Assembly (NCBI GenBank): GCA_052327205.1
Contig: CM126220.1
Span: 13,206,001 to 13,270,000, forward strand
Direction of reading: 5' to 3'
DNA from: Somniosus microcephalus
Lineage: Eukaryota
Length of the DNA stretch: 64,000 nt
Below the pieces are notes generated by a model. It was given only the letters and a program-made list of their open reading frames with translations, did not search any database and had not been told where the DNA came from. Positions 50,231 through 62,150 of the stretch are shown one piece after another; the first letter of the stretch is position 1; each line of letters starts with the position of its first letter. Position numbers and translations under genes: made by a program.

Positions 50231-51266
50231 TCTTTGTTTGGTTCTTTCTTTCAAAAAACAAATGCTTGGACTCTACTTTTCAATGGCCCAGAATGATTAA
50301 TCAGTGTTTTCAGAAGAATTTGATCCCTGTCCCAACTCACATCTCCTACAAAGTACTGATATTAACCGTCATGTTCTACATCAGCAAAGACACCCCAGCA
50401 ACACTTACTAGTTTATCCACAATCCAAGATTTTGGAACCTGTTATTGTGGATCACTCATGGTGATAATACTCCCAAAGTATAAAAAAAATACAACTAGTT
50501 ATACCATAAGCTTTATTGTAAATGAAAGATTAAGCAAATCAAAGTGAAATTCCTCAAATAGGTTTTGATTTGAGGAATGAACTCGTGTTCCTTCAGTACC
50601 AGAGCATGCTTCTTGCGCAGTGCAGGGATAGACTGAGCAGCTGATTAAAATATTTTTATTGTCATCACTTCCCCGGGTCTCTAATCATCAGCATTTCACA
50701 ATTGCTGGACCCGGATACTGATCGCTAACCTCTAGCAGACTGATCGTTCCACGCTTGCTGTATCTTTCATCGCCCAGCTTGTTGATACAGTAGCGAAAAC
50801 CGGCGATAAGGAATAATAATAAACATCAATCAATTCACAACCTCCACCTTTATCATTTGATATGTATAAATTTTGAGACCTTTCGATTTCCTAACCGTGC
50901 CCCACCGCCTTGAGGGCGTGTTATCTGTGTGCATTACACGTGCAACATTGGAGAAAACCCGACAGACCAGGCTCCTCAAAGTCATGTTAAAGACACTGCA
51001 CAGCTCTATTTATCATTGGAAAGGAATACAGAGCCGTGCATTCATATAGCGCCTTATCAGGCCCCCAAACACCTGTTCACATCAATTGAGAATCGATGGT
51101 TAGTGATTGCAACTCAAACTGGCTGTTGAGGAAGGATTGTTACAACAACAGAAAATCATTCAGAAAAATCATTCAAATTTTGGAAAGAAATAACGGGCAT
51201 GAAACACATCAATGAGCTTGTTACCCATTACTGAGTGCAATGCGTGTATTCCTTAGAGTTGAGAGG

Positions 51267-51449
51267 CGAAATAACAACAGAAGACGCTGGAAAAACTCAG
51301 CAGGCCAGGCAACATCCGTGGAGGAAAAGGGTTTTGTCCCGAAACATTGACTCTATTTCTCTCTCCACGGATGTTGCCTGGCCTGCTGAGTTTTTCCAGC
51401 ATTTTCTGTTGTTATTTCGGATTTCCAGCATCCGCAGTATTTTGCTATC
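51267..51449. mobile_element. Penelope-like palindromic repeat
   Basis: cgaaataacaacagaagacgctgg...ccgtggag mirrored by ctccacgg...ttctgttgttatttcg. Confidence 0.75.
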
Positions 51450-51454
51450 TTAAA

Positions 51455-51838
51455 GGTTGAGAGGAGATTTGATAGAGGTGTTCAAAATCATAAGGGGTCT
51501 AGGCAGAATGGATAGAGAGAAACTGTTCCCATTGGCGGAAGGGTCGAGAACCAGAGGACACGGATTTAAGGTGATTGGCAAAAGAACCAAAGGCGACATG
51601 AGGAAAAACTTTTTTTTTAACGCAGCGAGTGGTTAGGATCTGGAATGCACTGCCTGAAAGGATGGTGGAGGCAGACTCAATCGTGGCTTTCAAAAGGGAA
51701 TTGGATAAGCACCTGAAGGAAAAAAAGTGCAGGGCTGCAGGGAAAGGGCGGGGGAGTGGGACTAGCTGAAGTGCTGTTGGAGAGAGCTCGACGGGCCGAA
51801 TGGCCTCCCTCTCTGCTGTAACCATTCTGATTCTATGT
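51455..51838 (+). mobile_element. CR1 LINE 3' fragment
   Basis: aggagatttgatagaggtgttcaaaatcat (RGDLIEVFKI), agaggacacggatttaagg and terminal gggccgaatggcc hairpin. Confidence 0.8.
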
Positions 51839-53214
51839 CTATATAGGGGCAATCAGACCCAGGAAAACGTTCCACTTTGATGATATTTATGTGCAAAAAT
51901 ATAGTGGGTCCATATACATTACAATATCGTGCTTATACCTTACTTTCTAATACATTGTTTTAATTACAATAGATTATATCCGTCCTCCCTGTATTCAACT
52001 TTGATTTGTAGGTTTGCAAATTTCCTCAATTTTTTTGGCGGGAGCAGTGACTTGTGTAACTTGACCATCGCTTCCGGTCTCACTGATACACGTTGCGTCA
52101 CCAGTTTAGTTTCAAGGATTGTTAAACTTGTTTTATTAATAAACAAAGGGATGCTTCCGGATGTTTGGGTTATAAAATAATTGGGGGGTGGGGAAGTCAC
52201 TGGTTTGTAAATATATGGAATAAACTTACCACCAATTGCGGTGATTTTTTTGACTGGTTCAAAGAGAAGCTGCACAGGTTGCTGATCTAGAAGGGAGGAG
52301 AAGCGCACAGGGAAGCGGAGGAATTGTCTTGTTAAGATCCACACGCTCGTATGTTTCAGAATACACACTAAACCCCAGGAGAGAGTTTAAAAAACCCCGA
52401 GCTCTACCCTACCCCGGAAAAAAGTTTCCCTCGGCTTGATTTTAAACGACTCGCTTCACCTCTGGTAGGAAAACCAAACCTCAGATGCATATTTTTAGTC
52501 ACATTTTAGAAACGAAATACCCGGAAGCATCCCTCGTGGTTAATAATAGAACAAGGTTAACAGTCCTTGACACCCACACTGGTGAGACCGGGCGGTGTGC
52601 ATCAGCCTTTGGACAGGCAGCGGGGATCAGATTACCCCGATACTTTCTCTGGGTGATTTTACTAACTATATGGGGACCGGATAGGGTCGGCAATTCCACC
52701 AATCCCACCCAGGCAGCAGATTGCAACGGCTGCAACCCGTACACGCCACTTGTTTTGACAGAATTCAGGCGGACAATTCGTATTAAAGAAAAGCACTTTT
52801 TATATTAGTTGCAGAGTGTTCCAACTTACGCTTCTAACAGCCTTAACCATCCGGCACCTTGTCCTTATTAGTTATTTCACCTTCAAGTAAAATTAAGGAA
52901 CTTGGTACCGATATATATATATTGTCTTTCTCCTCGTTCACGCAATATGGAAACGAACTGGTGTCAAATTGCCTCCAATCCAAGGGAACTGTTTGATTTA
53001 TAAACTGTTGTTTTATATTGAATCAGTTTTGTTGATAATGCGAGGCAATGTTTTATTCTTGTCAAGGAACAGAATAGAAAAGCAGACCCAGTTAGTGAGG
53101 AAAACTTGCTCGTTTATTACAACGCGAGTTGGCAAATTCTGGTCTCTGAGGTAATCAGAATGGTTCCAATCTGCTGATATGAATAGCCCATAATATACCC
53201 CAATACAACTGGAA

Positions 53215-53582
53215 CTTAAAAAAATTCATTCACAGGATGTGGGCGTCGCTGGTAAGGCCGGCATTTATTACCCATCCCGAATTGCCCATGAGAAGGTGGT
53301 GGTGAGCCACCATTTCAGGGGGTAGTTAAGAGTCAAGCACATTGCTGTGGGGTCTGGAGTCACTTATAGGCCAGGCCGGGTAAGGGCAGCAGATTGCCTT
53401 CCCTAAAGGACATTAGTGAACCAGGTGGGGGTTTTATGACAATCATGGTCACCATTACTGGTACTAGCTTTTTAAAATTCCAGATGTATTTAATTAATAT
53501 TCCCCAACTATCTGTGGTGGGAGTTGAACTCATGGCGCTGGATCATTAGTCCAGTAACATAACCACTATGCTACCGTACCCC
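53215..53582 (-). mobile_element. Near full-length tRNA-derived SINE (possibly MetaSINE-type central domain)
   Basis: Head GGTAGCATAGTGGTTATGTTACTGGACT...GAGTTCAACTCCC, central ctggttcactaatgtcctttagggaagg...gactccagaccccacagcaatgt, A-rich end. Superfamily name is from recall only. Confidence 0.7.
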
Positions 53583-53609
53583 TCAACTAGGACCAAGTCT
53601 GATATTTTT

Positions 53610-53770
53610 TGGATATTCAAGGCAGAAAATCGATAGATTTTTGGATAGGAAGGGCACCAAGAGATATGGGGATAGTGTGGGAAGGTGGAGTTGAGGTAGA
53701 AGATCAGCCAAGATCTTATTGAATGGCGGAGCAGGCTCGAATGGCCTACTCCTGCTCCTAATTCTTATGT
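53610..53770 (+). mobile_element. CR1 LINE 3' tail
   Basis: gatcagccaagatcttattgaatggcggagcaggctcg...ctcctaattcttatgt. Confidence 0.75.
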
Positions 53771-54243
53771 AGCTTCATTGCTTTGAGTTGTTCTCACAGT
53801 TTCACTCAACATATCTTGAATGCCATTCGTTTTGTAAAAATCCAAAGAGACCCACCAGCTCTTGTTTTCCTCGTGCTATTTTCTGCATCGGTTTCCCTAA
53901 TAAAGTGAATATAAATATAACGGGCCCAGTGCAACACAGCACTCAAAACGATCCTCGCACCCAACTTTGAACTGTTGGATGGCGAAAGGTTGAAATTTGA
54001 GGATCTGTTTTTAACAATATTTCTATGACCCAAGTTGCTGAATTTATTTTTTGGGGGCGGGGTGATTTAAGAGACAAAGGAGAAAGAACTCGCATTTACT
54101 CAGTTTTTATCACATTGCTCAGAAATGTCCCAAAGGCTTTACTTATTTTGAAGTGTTATGTATGGGAAAGCGCAATCGGCACACACAGCTCGTTGGCCTG
54201 TTTTGATGCTATTATTTGGTGGGTGGATATTAACAATATAGTG

Positions 54244-55062
54244 TCAGCTGTGACTCAGTGGGTAGCACTTTCATCTTCTGAGTCAAGAGGTTTGTGGATT
54301 CAAGCCCCACTCCAGTGACTTGAGCACAAAAATCTAGGCTGATACTCCAGTGCGGTGCTGAGGGAGTGCTGCACTGTTGGTGGAGCGGTCTTTCGGATGA
54401 AACATTAAAATGCCCTCTCAGGTGGATGCATAAGATCCCATAGAAGGCAGGAATAGGCCATTCGGCCCCTCAAGCCTGCTCCACCATTCAATGAGATCAT
54501 GGCTGATCATCCAAATTCAGTACCCTGTCCCTGCCTTCTCCCCATATCCCTTTAGCCTTAAGAAATATATCCAACTCCTTCTTGAATATATTTAATGAAT
54601 TGGCCTCTACTGCCTTCTGTGGTAGAGAATTCCACAGGTTCACCACTCTCTGGGTGAAGAAATTCCTCCTTATCTCTGTCCTAAATGGCTTACCCCTTAT
54701 CCTTAGACTGTAACCCCTGGTTCTGGACTCCCCGACCATCGCGAACACCCTTCCTGTGTCTAGTCCTGTTAGAATTTTATAAGTTTCAATGAGATCCCCT
54801 CTCACTCTTCTAAACTCCAGCGAGTACAAGCCCAATCGACCCATGGCACTATTTCGATAGAAGAATGGGGTGTTCTCTCCAGTGTCCTGGCCAATGTTTA
54901 TCACTCAACCAGCATTGCTGTTTGTGGGAGCTTGCTGTGCACTGATTGCCTGCCGCGTTTCCTACATTACAACGGTGACTAGTCTTCAAAACGTACTTCA
55001 TTGACTGTAAAGTGTTTTGGGACGTCCTGAGGTCGTGGAAGGCGCTATATAAATGCAAGTGG
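54244..55062 (+). mobile_element. Deu-domain SINE split by a CR1 insertion
   Basis: 5' half 54244-54441 (A and B boxes, central domain); 3' half 54840-55062. Confidence 0.8.
54442..54839 (-). mobile_element. CR1 LINE 3' fragment nested in the SINE
   Basis: RLGLYSLEFRRVRGDLIETYKIL...RNFFTQRVVNLWNSLP (ORF 54497..54904). Confidence 0.9.
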
Positions 55063-55771
55063 TTCTCTTTTACATAGATCAGTGGCACTACTGGACAATT
55101 CTCACGGCAAATTATTTGGGGACATTTATTCTGCACTTTCCTACATTGTTCTCTATACCCAAGTTCATGCCTGAAAGCTCATTTCGAGACAAAGGCAGTG
55201 ACATTATAAATGCAGGTATATACTGAATTTCAGCTTGAACGGGATGGGCACTCTGGTAAGTACCCGCTGGGTAGGGATGGGGAGTCGGTGCCCTGCAGTT
55301 GAATAGGGGACGAGGAGTTTCCAAACACACACACACACACACACGGTTTGTGAATGTCTGATTGTGCTGTGCTAACCTTCATCGAAATGAAGATATCTAT
55401 TTAAATAAGAAACAGAATTACTCCGAAGCCAATTTACCAAGAAATTCAAGATGGATCCGAATAGGGTTTGACATCGAAACTTGGGAAACAATTGCAATCT
55501 AGAAAATGTCAAACAGTCACCAGAAAATCACTTGGAAAAGGCTGGAGCCCAGCTTGAAACAAACAGCAGGAAAAGCTACACTCGCCTTTTCGAATCTTTA
55601 GTGAGGTGGGGATAAACATTTCGATCGAATTTAACATTTTGCTGGTCATTAAAGATCGATTGCGGATGGAAAAATCTTATTGAGAAATGCCCTTTGCTGG
55701 GCCACCTTCAGAATTCAATCCAAATAATAATTGTTTCTACAGTCAGAGACCTTACAACAAGAAGACCCCCC

Positions 55772-56586
55772 GTGACCCATCCCACTGCCCCCTACCCAGT
55801 GCCCCCACCCAGTGCCCCCCACATAGTGACCCCACCCACTGCCCCCCACCCAGTGTTCCACGCACCCAACATCCTGCACCCAGTGTTCCACCCACCCAGT
55901 GCCTCACACCCAGTGCCCCCACCCAGTGCCCCCACCCAGTGCCCCACACCCACTGCCCCCTCCCCAGTGTTCCACCCACCCAGTGCCCCACACCCAGTGC
56001 CCCACCCAGTGCCCCACACCCAATGCCCCCACCCAGTGTTCCACCCAGTGCCCCACCCAGTGCCCCACACCCAGTGCCCCCACCCAGTGCCCCCACCCAG
56101 TGCCCCACACGCAGTGCCCCACCCAGTGCCCCCCACCCAGTGCCCCCACCCAGTGTCCCCCACCCAGTGCCCCACACCCAGTGTCCCCACCCAGTGCCCC
56201 CACCCAGTACCCCCCAGTGCCCCCACCCAGTGACCCCACCCAGTGTCCCACACCCAGTGTCCCCCACCCAGTGCCCCCAAACAGTGCCCCCACCCAGTGC
56301 CCCCACCCAGTGCCCCACACCCAGTGCCCCACACCCAGTGCCCCCACCCAGTGCCCCCACCCAGTGTCCCACACCCAGTGCCCCCACCCAGTGCCCCCAC
56401 CCAGTGTTCCACCCACCCAGTGCCCCCACCCAGTGCCCCACACCCAGTGCCTCCACCCAGTGCCCCCCTCCCAGTACCCCCCCAGTGCCCCCACCCAGTG
56501 ACCCCACCCAGTGTCCCACACCCAGTGTCCTCTCCACCCTGTGACCCCCACACCCTCTGACCCCACACCCTCTGACCCCACACCCC
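55772..56586. repeat. C-rich minisatellite, unit about CACCCAGTGCCCC(A/C)
   Basis: Dozens of 12-15 bp variants of acccagtgcccc; explains the stacked Pro/Gly-rich ORFs. Confidence 0.95.
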
Positions 56587-56859
56587 GACGGGTGATGTCC
56601 GCTCACAAAATCATTGTGGAAAAAACATTTCAGATAAAAATATTTCCCCCCCCCAGGAAGTAACAAAGATTCAGTGGACAAAGGGTCAAGTGGCGAAGAG
56701 TGAAGCGAATGGCGCATCAATTACTTTAAGCATAAAAATCCCAATCTGTTAAATAGACTGAGATAGGCGCAGGTTTGGAATGTAGAAACATAAAAGAAAG
56801 ACTTGCATTTATATCGCACCTTTCACGACCTCAGGACGTCCCAAAGCGCTTAACGATAT

Positions 56860-57053
56860 ACTATACTGTTATGTATATATATTTTTTTTACTATATACTG
56901 TACTGTAATGTATATATTTTTTACTATATACTGTACTGTAATGTATATATTTTTTACTATATACTGTACTGTAATGTATATATTTTTTACTATATACTGT
57001 ACTGTAATGTATATATTTTTTACTATATACTGTACTGTAATGTATATATTTTT
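56860..57053. repeat. AT-rich 33-bp tandem repeat, about 5-6 copies
   Basis: Unit tactatatactgtactgtaatgtatatattttt; 11-aa periodicity (FYYILYCNVYI) in the ORF track; follows a SINE tail at about 56795-56850. Confidence 0.92.
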
Positions 57054-58240
57054 GAAATCTCTTTAACATGATTCTCGTCCATGAAAGCAAATCATTTCTA
57101 CAAATCAGTTTTTTGATTGTTTTCCATGCAGCATTCCAGGAAAATACCGAACACATCAAATATGTTAACGTTAACGACCAAGACGGCGCTCAAAGAATCA
57201 TACAGAAACATCAGATTTCACATCAGTTGTAAACAGAAAGGAGATTTAGCAAAAGAAAGGCCTGTTCGGGTTTCACTCCGTCCATAATATAGACCCTCTC
57301 CAAAAAGAAAAGACCCAAATATACAGTGGTGAGAAGCGGGACGGTGAAATCCTCCCACGCCAATAATAAGGGACTCCGGGTTGAGTTGAGCCTGTTTGGG
57401 TCTGGATTTCTATGGGAGGCGGGGAGTCTCTCAGCAACATATTAATGTCCCCATTTTATTTATAGACTGTTACCAAAGTCACCAATGACTCTTGTCATCA
57501 CCCAGAGAGCCCTGTCTGTGCCTCGCACAATAATTCGAGGATATCCTCTCCCAGTCAGTTCCCATCCTGATGTTTACCGAATACTTTCACAATGAACCGA
57601 TAATAACAACATTAAAACCAGAGAAGTAACAGGGATGCAATGATATCAAAATCAAATTACGAGTTTTATGGAAACTAGCTGATGGATATTTTGTTTGCAG
57701 TCCAGGAACAGGTTGCAATATTTCAATAAATATGCTAAAGATAAATATACTAAAAGCTAATCGTCAGCACCGAGTCTGATTTAAGTTTCTGTCTTCTGGG
57801 GTGAAATATCCAAGGGATATCTTTTAGTTTGATTGTAATTTCTCTGCTAGGATGTTCTCTGCCGGGACCCGTTTCACCAGCGAACTCTGGTAGAGAGGAG
57901 CTTCAGAATAAGCAGTACTGAGCGGCCGGAGGCTGCAGACACCAGCCCCAAAGAGCAGTCTAAATGCCGGGCCAGCAAACGCTGGGCGCTGGGCGCCGTC
58001 TCCTCCTGGTTAACCCAACAACATCCCAACAACTCCACTTAAATCAGATGGAGTGATCACGCAGGCGGGGGTCAAAGGGTGGGGAACATCTAACTCTCTT
58101 TTTATGGCTCTTAAGAGCTAAATGTGCATTTTCCCGAAGAGTTAGATTAAAATGAGGGGGAACAATCCCGTTTATTGCGGTGCTAAATAGATTGGATAAC
58201 ATGGAATGAATTGAAATTAACTGTTTGACTTTAGTAATTA

Positions 58241-58384
58241 TATCAGTTTCAAATCTTGCACTTTTTATTTAGAAGTAATTTTACACATTTATCAATTTCA
58301 ACTCTTGCACTTTTTACCAAGGGTGTTATTTTACACAGTTATCAATTTCAGCTGTTGCATTTTATAATAAGGCGGTTATTTCAC
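58241..58384. repeat. Diverged ~49-bp triple tandem repeat
   Basis: Three units beginning tatca(g/a)tttca...ttgca near 58241, 58290 and 58340. Confidence 0.7.
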
Positions 58385-60647
58385 GTTTACCCTCGAATTA
58401 CGATGTTTAGAGAAGGAGTGTGAATGTTGATTGTGGTAATCCGCCTCTTTGACAAGTAATGTCTACAGTGCACCTCGCTCGTAATGAATAAATATATCAA
58501 GTACAGCCAGGCAGCCTTGGTCGCAAACACTGGGAACCCTGTGGAAATATTGAGAGTCCAGCTTCCTAACCCTCCAAGCTGCGCTTTCTCTTTTTAAGAT
58601 GCTGCAGGACTCGCTGTTGCCTGGCACGTTCTGGCTGTATGTGAATTGGGAATGCGTTAAGACAAGTGGCTATTGAAGCCGAATGCTCAGGGCATTGAAG
58701 AGGAATTAGAAGAAAAAAAGAGGAATTAGATAAGCACTTTGAAGGGGCAAGATCTTGATGGGCAGGGAAACCAGGTTAGAACGCGTGGCTCCGGCGTGGA
58801 GCTATCACAGTCACAGTAGAGTGAATAGTGTCTTTCACTCCTGTAATTCCAGCCATTTCGGATTTGCATCATTGGTGATTTAAAAAAAAAACTCTTGTTA
58901 TTTTACCTGGATAACTTGAGCGGCATGAACGGGAATTGTGAGATGTATTAAGGGGGAATGGGCGACTTTTCAATCGGTAAAAAAAAAAGAAATTAAAGCA
59001 GTTTAGGAACTTCTAACAGGAAGCCACATTCTCGTGAAATGTAACATGGAAAGATAATCATGGCACTTTCAGTATATAAAGGTAAAAATAAAAAAACGCC
59101 TTTTGCTTGTGGGCAGAGGTAATTGTGCAGCTCACTATTCCGTCTCGCTGGCGGTTTAAGCGCGGGTTGCCTTAATAAATGGACCTCAAAGTTCACAGTC
59201 CATGTGACGTCCTGGCTCATGCTGTGTTGAAATTGTCACCTTATATATGTAGAAAGTTAAAAAAACCTCGACAGCGCACGAAATGCCTTGTGAGGTTTTA
59301 AAGCTGTTCTCACTTATCCGCTCTGCCGCACACCAGAATCCCGTGTGACGCAGTGTCAAATCTAAGGCAATGCCTGTTATTTTTGTAGCCACTTTTACCA
59401 GACTCCAATTTTGGTCGCTCCTCAGTAACCATTCATTGTCTGCAACGCATTTCTCCCGTCCGAACGGTTTTATTTAACAGAATTACAAATATCAATGTAG
59501 GTAGATGTAAAAAAAGGCTTTCGTTCGATTTTTAGCATTATTTCCATTTATTGCATAGAATATAGTACAATAATCACTGATAGTGTTATGTGCCGTTTTT
59601 TTTTAAAGGATCTATTGCTCATTCACATCCCAACGGTGCTGGATTCACCCCCCCCCCCCGCCTATGTCACGTCACCAAATCCTAAACTGAACGAAAGTTT
59701 AATTATTTTTTTTACCATTCTAAAGAAAACCGATAATCACATTTGCTCTCAGAGCCCCGCTGTGCCTCTAACATCCGCACAAGCCAGTGTGGTTCTGCTA
59801 ACCTGCCAGGGAATGGCCAGCCAGTCTCCTTGCTGCCTGACCGGCCGTGTATTCCCAGCTTTTTCTCTTTTTATTCCAGATTTCCAGCATCCGCAGTATT
59901 TTGTTTTAAGACCCGTCTCAAATTGTCCCTTGAGACCCCCCGGGTACAGATGTTTCTAAAAAAGTTTCATACCAGTCTTTCTACCGCCTTCTCCCCCCAC
60001 CCTCCCCCGCCCCCCAATCAAACCCGGGTTACCAGCACCAACATTTCGGCTAGACCTTTGCTGATAAATGGGGTTCCTGTCCCCAGCTAACGCGAGGGAA
60101 AGACGGCTCCCAGCCCCCTGCTATCTGATCCCCCCGCTGTCTCCCTCGGGGAAAGAGCGAAAGTCGCTGCTTTTCCAACCAAGTGTTCAATTAAATAAAT
60201 TCAATGCGATGCTCAATGGCTATTTTGTGACGATCCTCCCCTCCGTTTATTTCAAGGCTGCAAAAAATGTTATTCACTACCCCCCCCCCCTCCCCCCCCC
60301 AACCACCTCCCTTCTAAAGGCAGTGAACAGTCAGGGTGTACAGTACAGCAGAGCGGCATCCTGGAGTAGACAGACCTTGTCAACTCAGAACAGCTGAGTG
60401 ATAGCTTCCTTTGCCCCGATGGAAGGGGCAGTGTAGTGTCGCCCAGTATAAAAGGGTAGGGCACTCTGGGCCAACTGAATTCTTGTTTAGCACATTTCAG
60501 CAACTGGGGTACTTAAACAGTTTAGTGTGATAAGCAAGAGCCGTATAAATCATCGCATCGACAGCACACCTAAAATCAATGCTAGATATTGTTTGGAGTT
60601 GGAGTGAGATAACGAGGCAAGGAATAGTTAGCTTCACATGCTCAGAC

Positions 60648-60960
60648 AAAACTGTTTCCAGTGGCAGGAGGGCCAGTAACCAGAGGACACAGGTTTAAGA
60701 TAATTGGCAATAAGAACCAGCGATTTTTGTTTTAACGCAGCGAGTTGTTGTGATCTGGATTGCACTGCCTGAAAGGGCGGTGGAAGCAGATTCAATGGTG
60801 ACTTTCAAAAGGGAATTGGAGAAATATTTGAAAAGGAAATATTTGCAGGGTTGTGGGGGAAAGAGCAGGGGTGGGGGGGGGAGTGGGTCTAATTGGAGAG
60901 CTCGTTCAAAGAGCCGGCACAGGCGCGATGGGCCGAATGACCTCCTTCGGTGCTGTGAGA
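60648..60960 (+). mobile_element. CR1 LINE 3' fragment
   Basis: agaggacacaggtttaagataattggc; W.ALPERAVEADSMVTFKRELEKYL. Confidence 0.8.
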
Positions 60961-61361
60961 GGCTATCACTCGGACTTTGAGGCATCTTAAATAAGATTTA
61001 GAGGCCCAACCTTTACTGTATCGCAGACTTTTGCGGCGATGCTGCTTGTAACTGACAGTCGGTGTGAGTATATGAGCAATTATAGGGCGTAGAACTGCGA
61101 CCTTTATAAAAATTGTCTATTATCCGGAGAAATGCACAATTGGCTGCCAACTATCAAGGTCCACAGTTTTATATAATTTAAAAACTGTCTTTTTTTAAAT
61201 GCTGGAACTCTATTCACACATATATAACTTGCATAATTAGCGAGTTAATAAACAGAACAACATGCCTACCCATTCCTGCCCGCCTGTGGAATATTGAAAT
61301 ATTATTCTGCATGTTGCAAATTATCATTTCTTCAAGTTCACTAACTTTCTATCAGTGGTGA

Positions 61362-61478
61362 TGTCATAGAGTCATAGAGTTATACAGCACAGAAAGAGGT
61401 CCATCGGCCCATCGTGTCCGCGCCGGCCATCAAGCCCTGTCTACTCTAATGCCATTTTCCAGCACTTGGTCCGTAGCT
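61362..61478 (-). mobile_element. CR1 3' tail
   Basis: gtcatagagtcatagagt tandem tail plus ccatcggccc hairpin. Confidence 0.6.
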
Positions 61479-61949
61479 GTCATTCGGACATCGCTTGACA
61501 CAGTTGCCATATTATGTCAGGGCATCTGGCGGCGGTGCCACTGTTCCCTCACCACTTGCTGCCCCAGAGGCTTCGCTTTGCTGGAAGTTGCACCATGCAG
61601 TAGTCCAATTGAATATAGTGGCCAATGCCAATTATTAATAGTTTTCACGAAAAATAGGCAGAATCTCAGAATCCAATCTCTAAAACATCCCAGAATATCC
61701 CATGTAATGGAAATGCAATCTGACTCATTGAGTCACCATAAACCAGTGGGATAATTCGAAACACACAGAGCCGTGAGCCCCGAATGACTGATAACAATCC
61801 AAGGATTGCACCTAATAAACAGGGACTCCGTCCCTTTATTCAGCCTCGTGACCCATTTCGCACAAATATGTTGGGTTTGGGAATTGGAGAGAATCGTTTT
61901 CTATCTCCATAGTTGGGGTATCATCAGTTATGAAACTCTTGTGTTATCC

Positions 61950-62150
61950 CCGGCCCATATTTATCCCTCAATCAACATCACTAAAAAACAGATGATCTGG
62001 TCATTATCACATCGCTGTTTGTGGGAGCTTGCTGTGCGCGAATTGGCTGCCGCGTTTCCTACGTTACACTTCAAAAAGTACTTCATTGACTGTAAAGCGC
62101 TTTGGGACGTCCTGAGGTCGTGAGAGGCGCTGGAGAAATGCAAATCTTTC
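61950..62150 (+). mobile_element. Deu-type SINE 3' half
   Basis: atttatccctcaatcaacatcact...gctgtttgtgggagcttgctgtgcgc...ttgggacgtcctgaggtcgtga. Confidence 0.75.

Noticed and set aside
55687-56720. Six long Pro/His/Gly/Trp-rich ORFs of 179-322 aa
   Set aside because: They are open in multiple frames on both strands only because the minisatellite lacks stop codons.
56860-58384. CRISPR-like periodicity of the 33-bp and 49-bp repeats
   Set aside because: Vertebrate DNA, no unique spacers of CRISPR type and no cas genes; these are ordinary tandem repeats.
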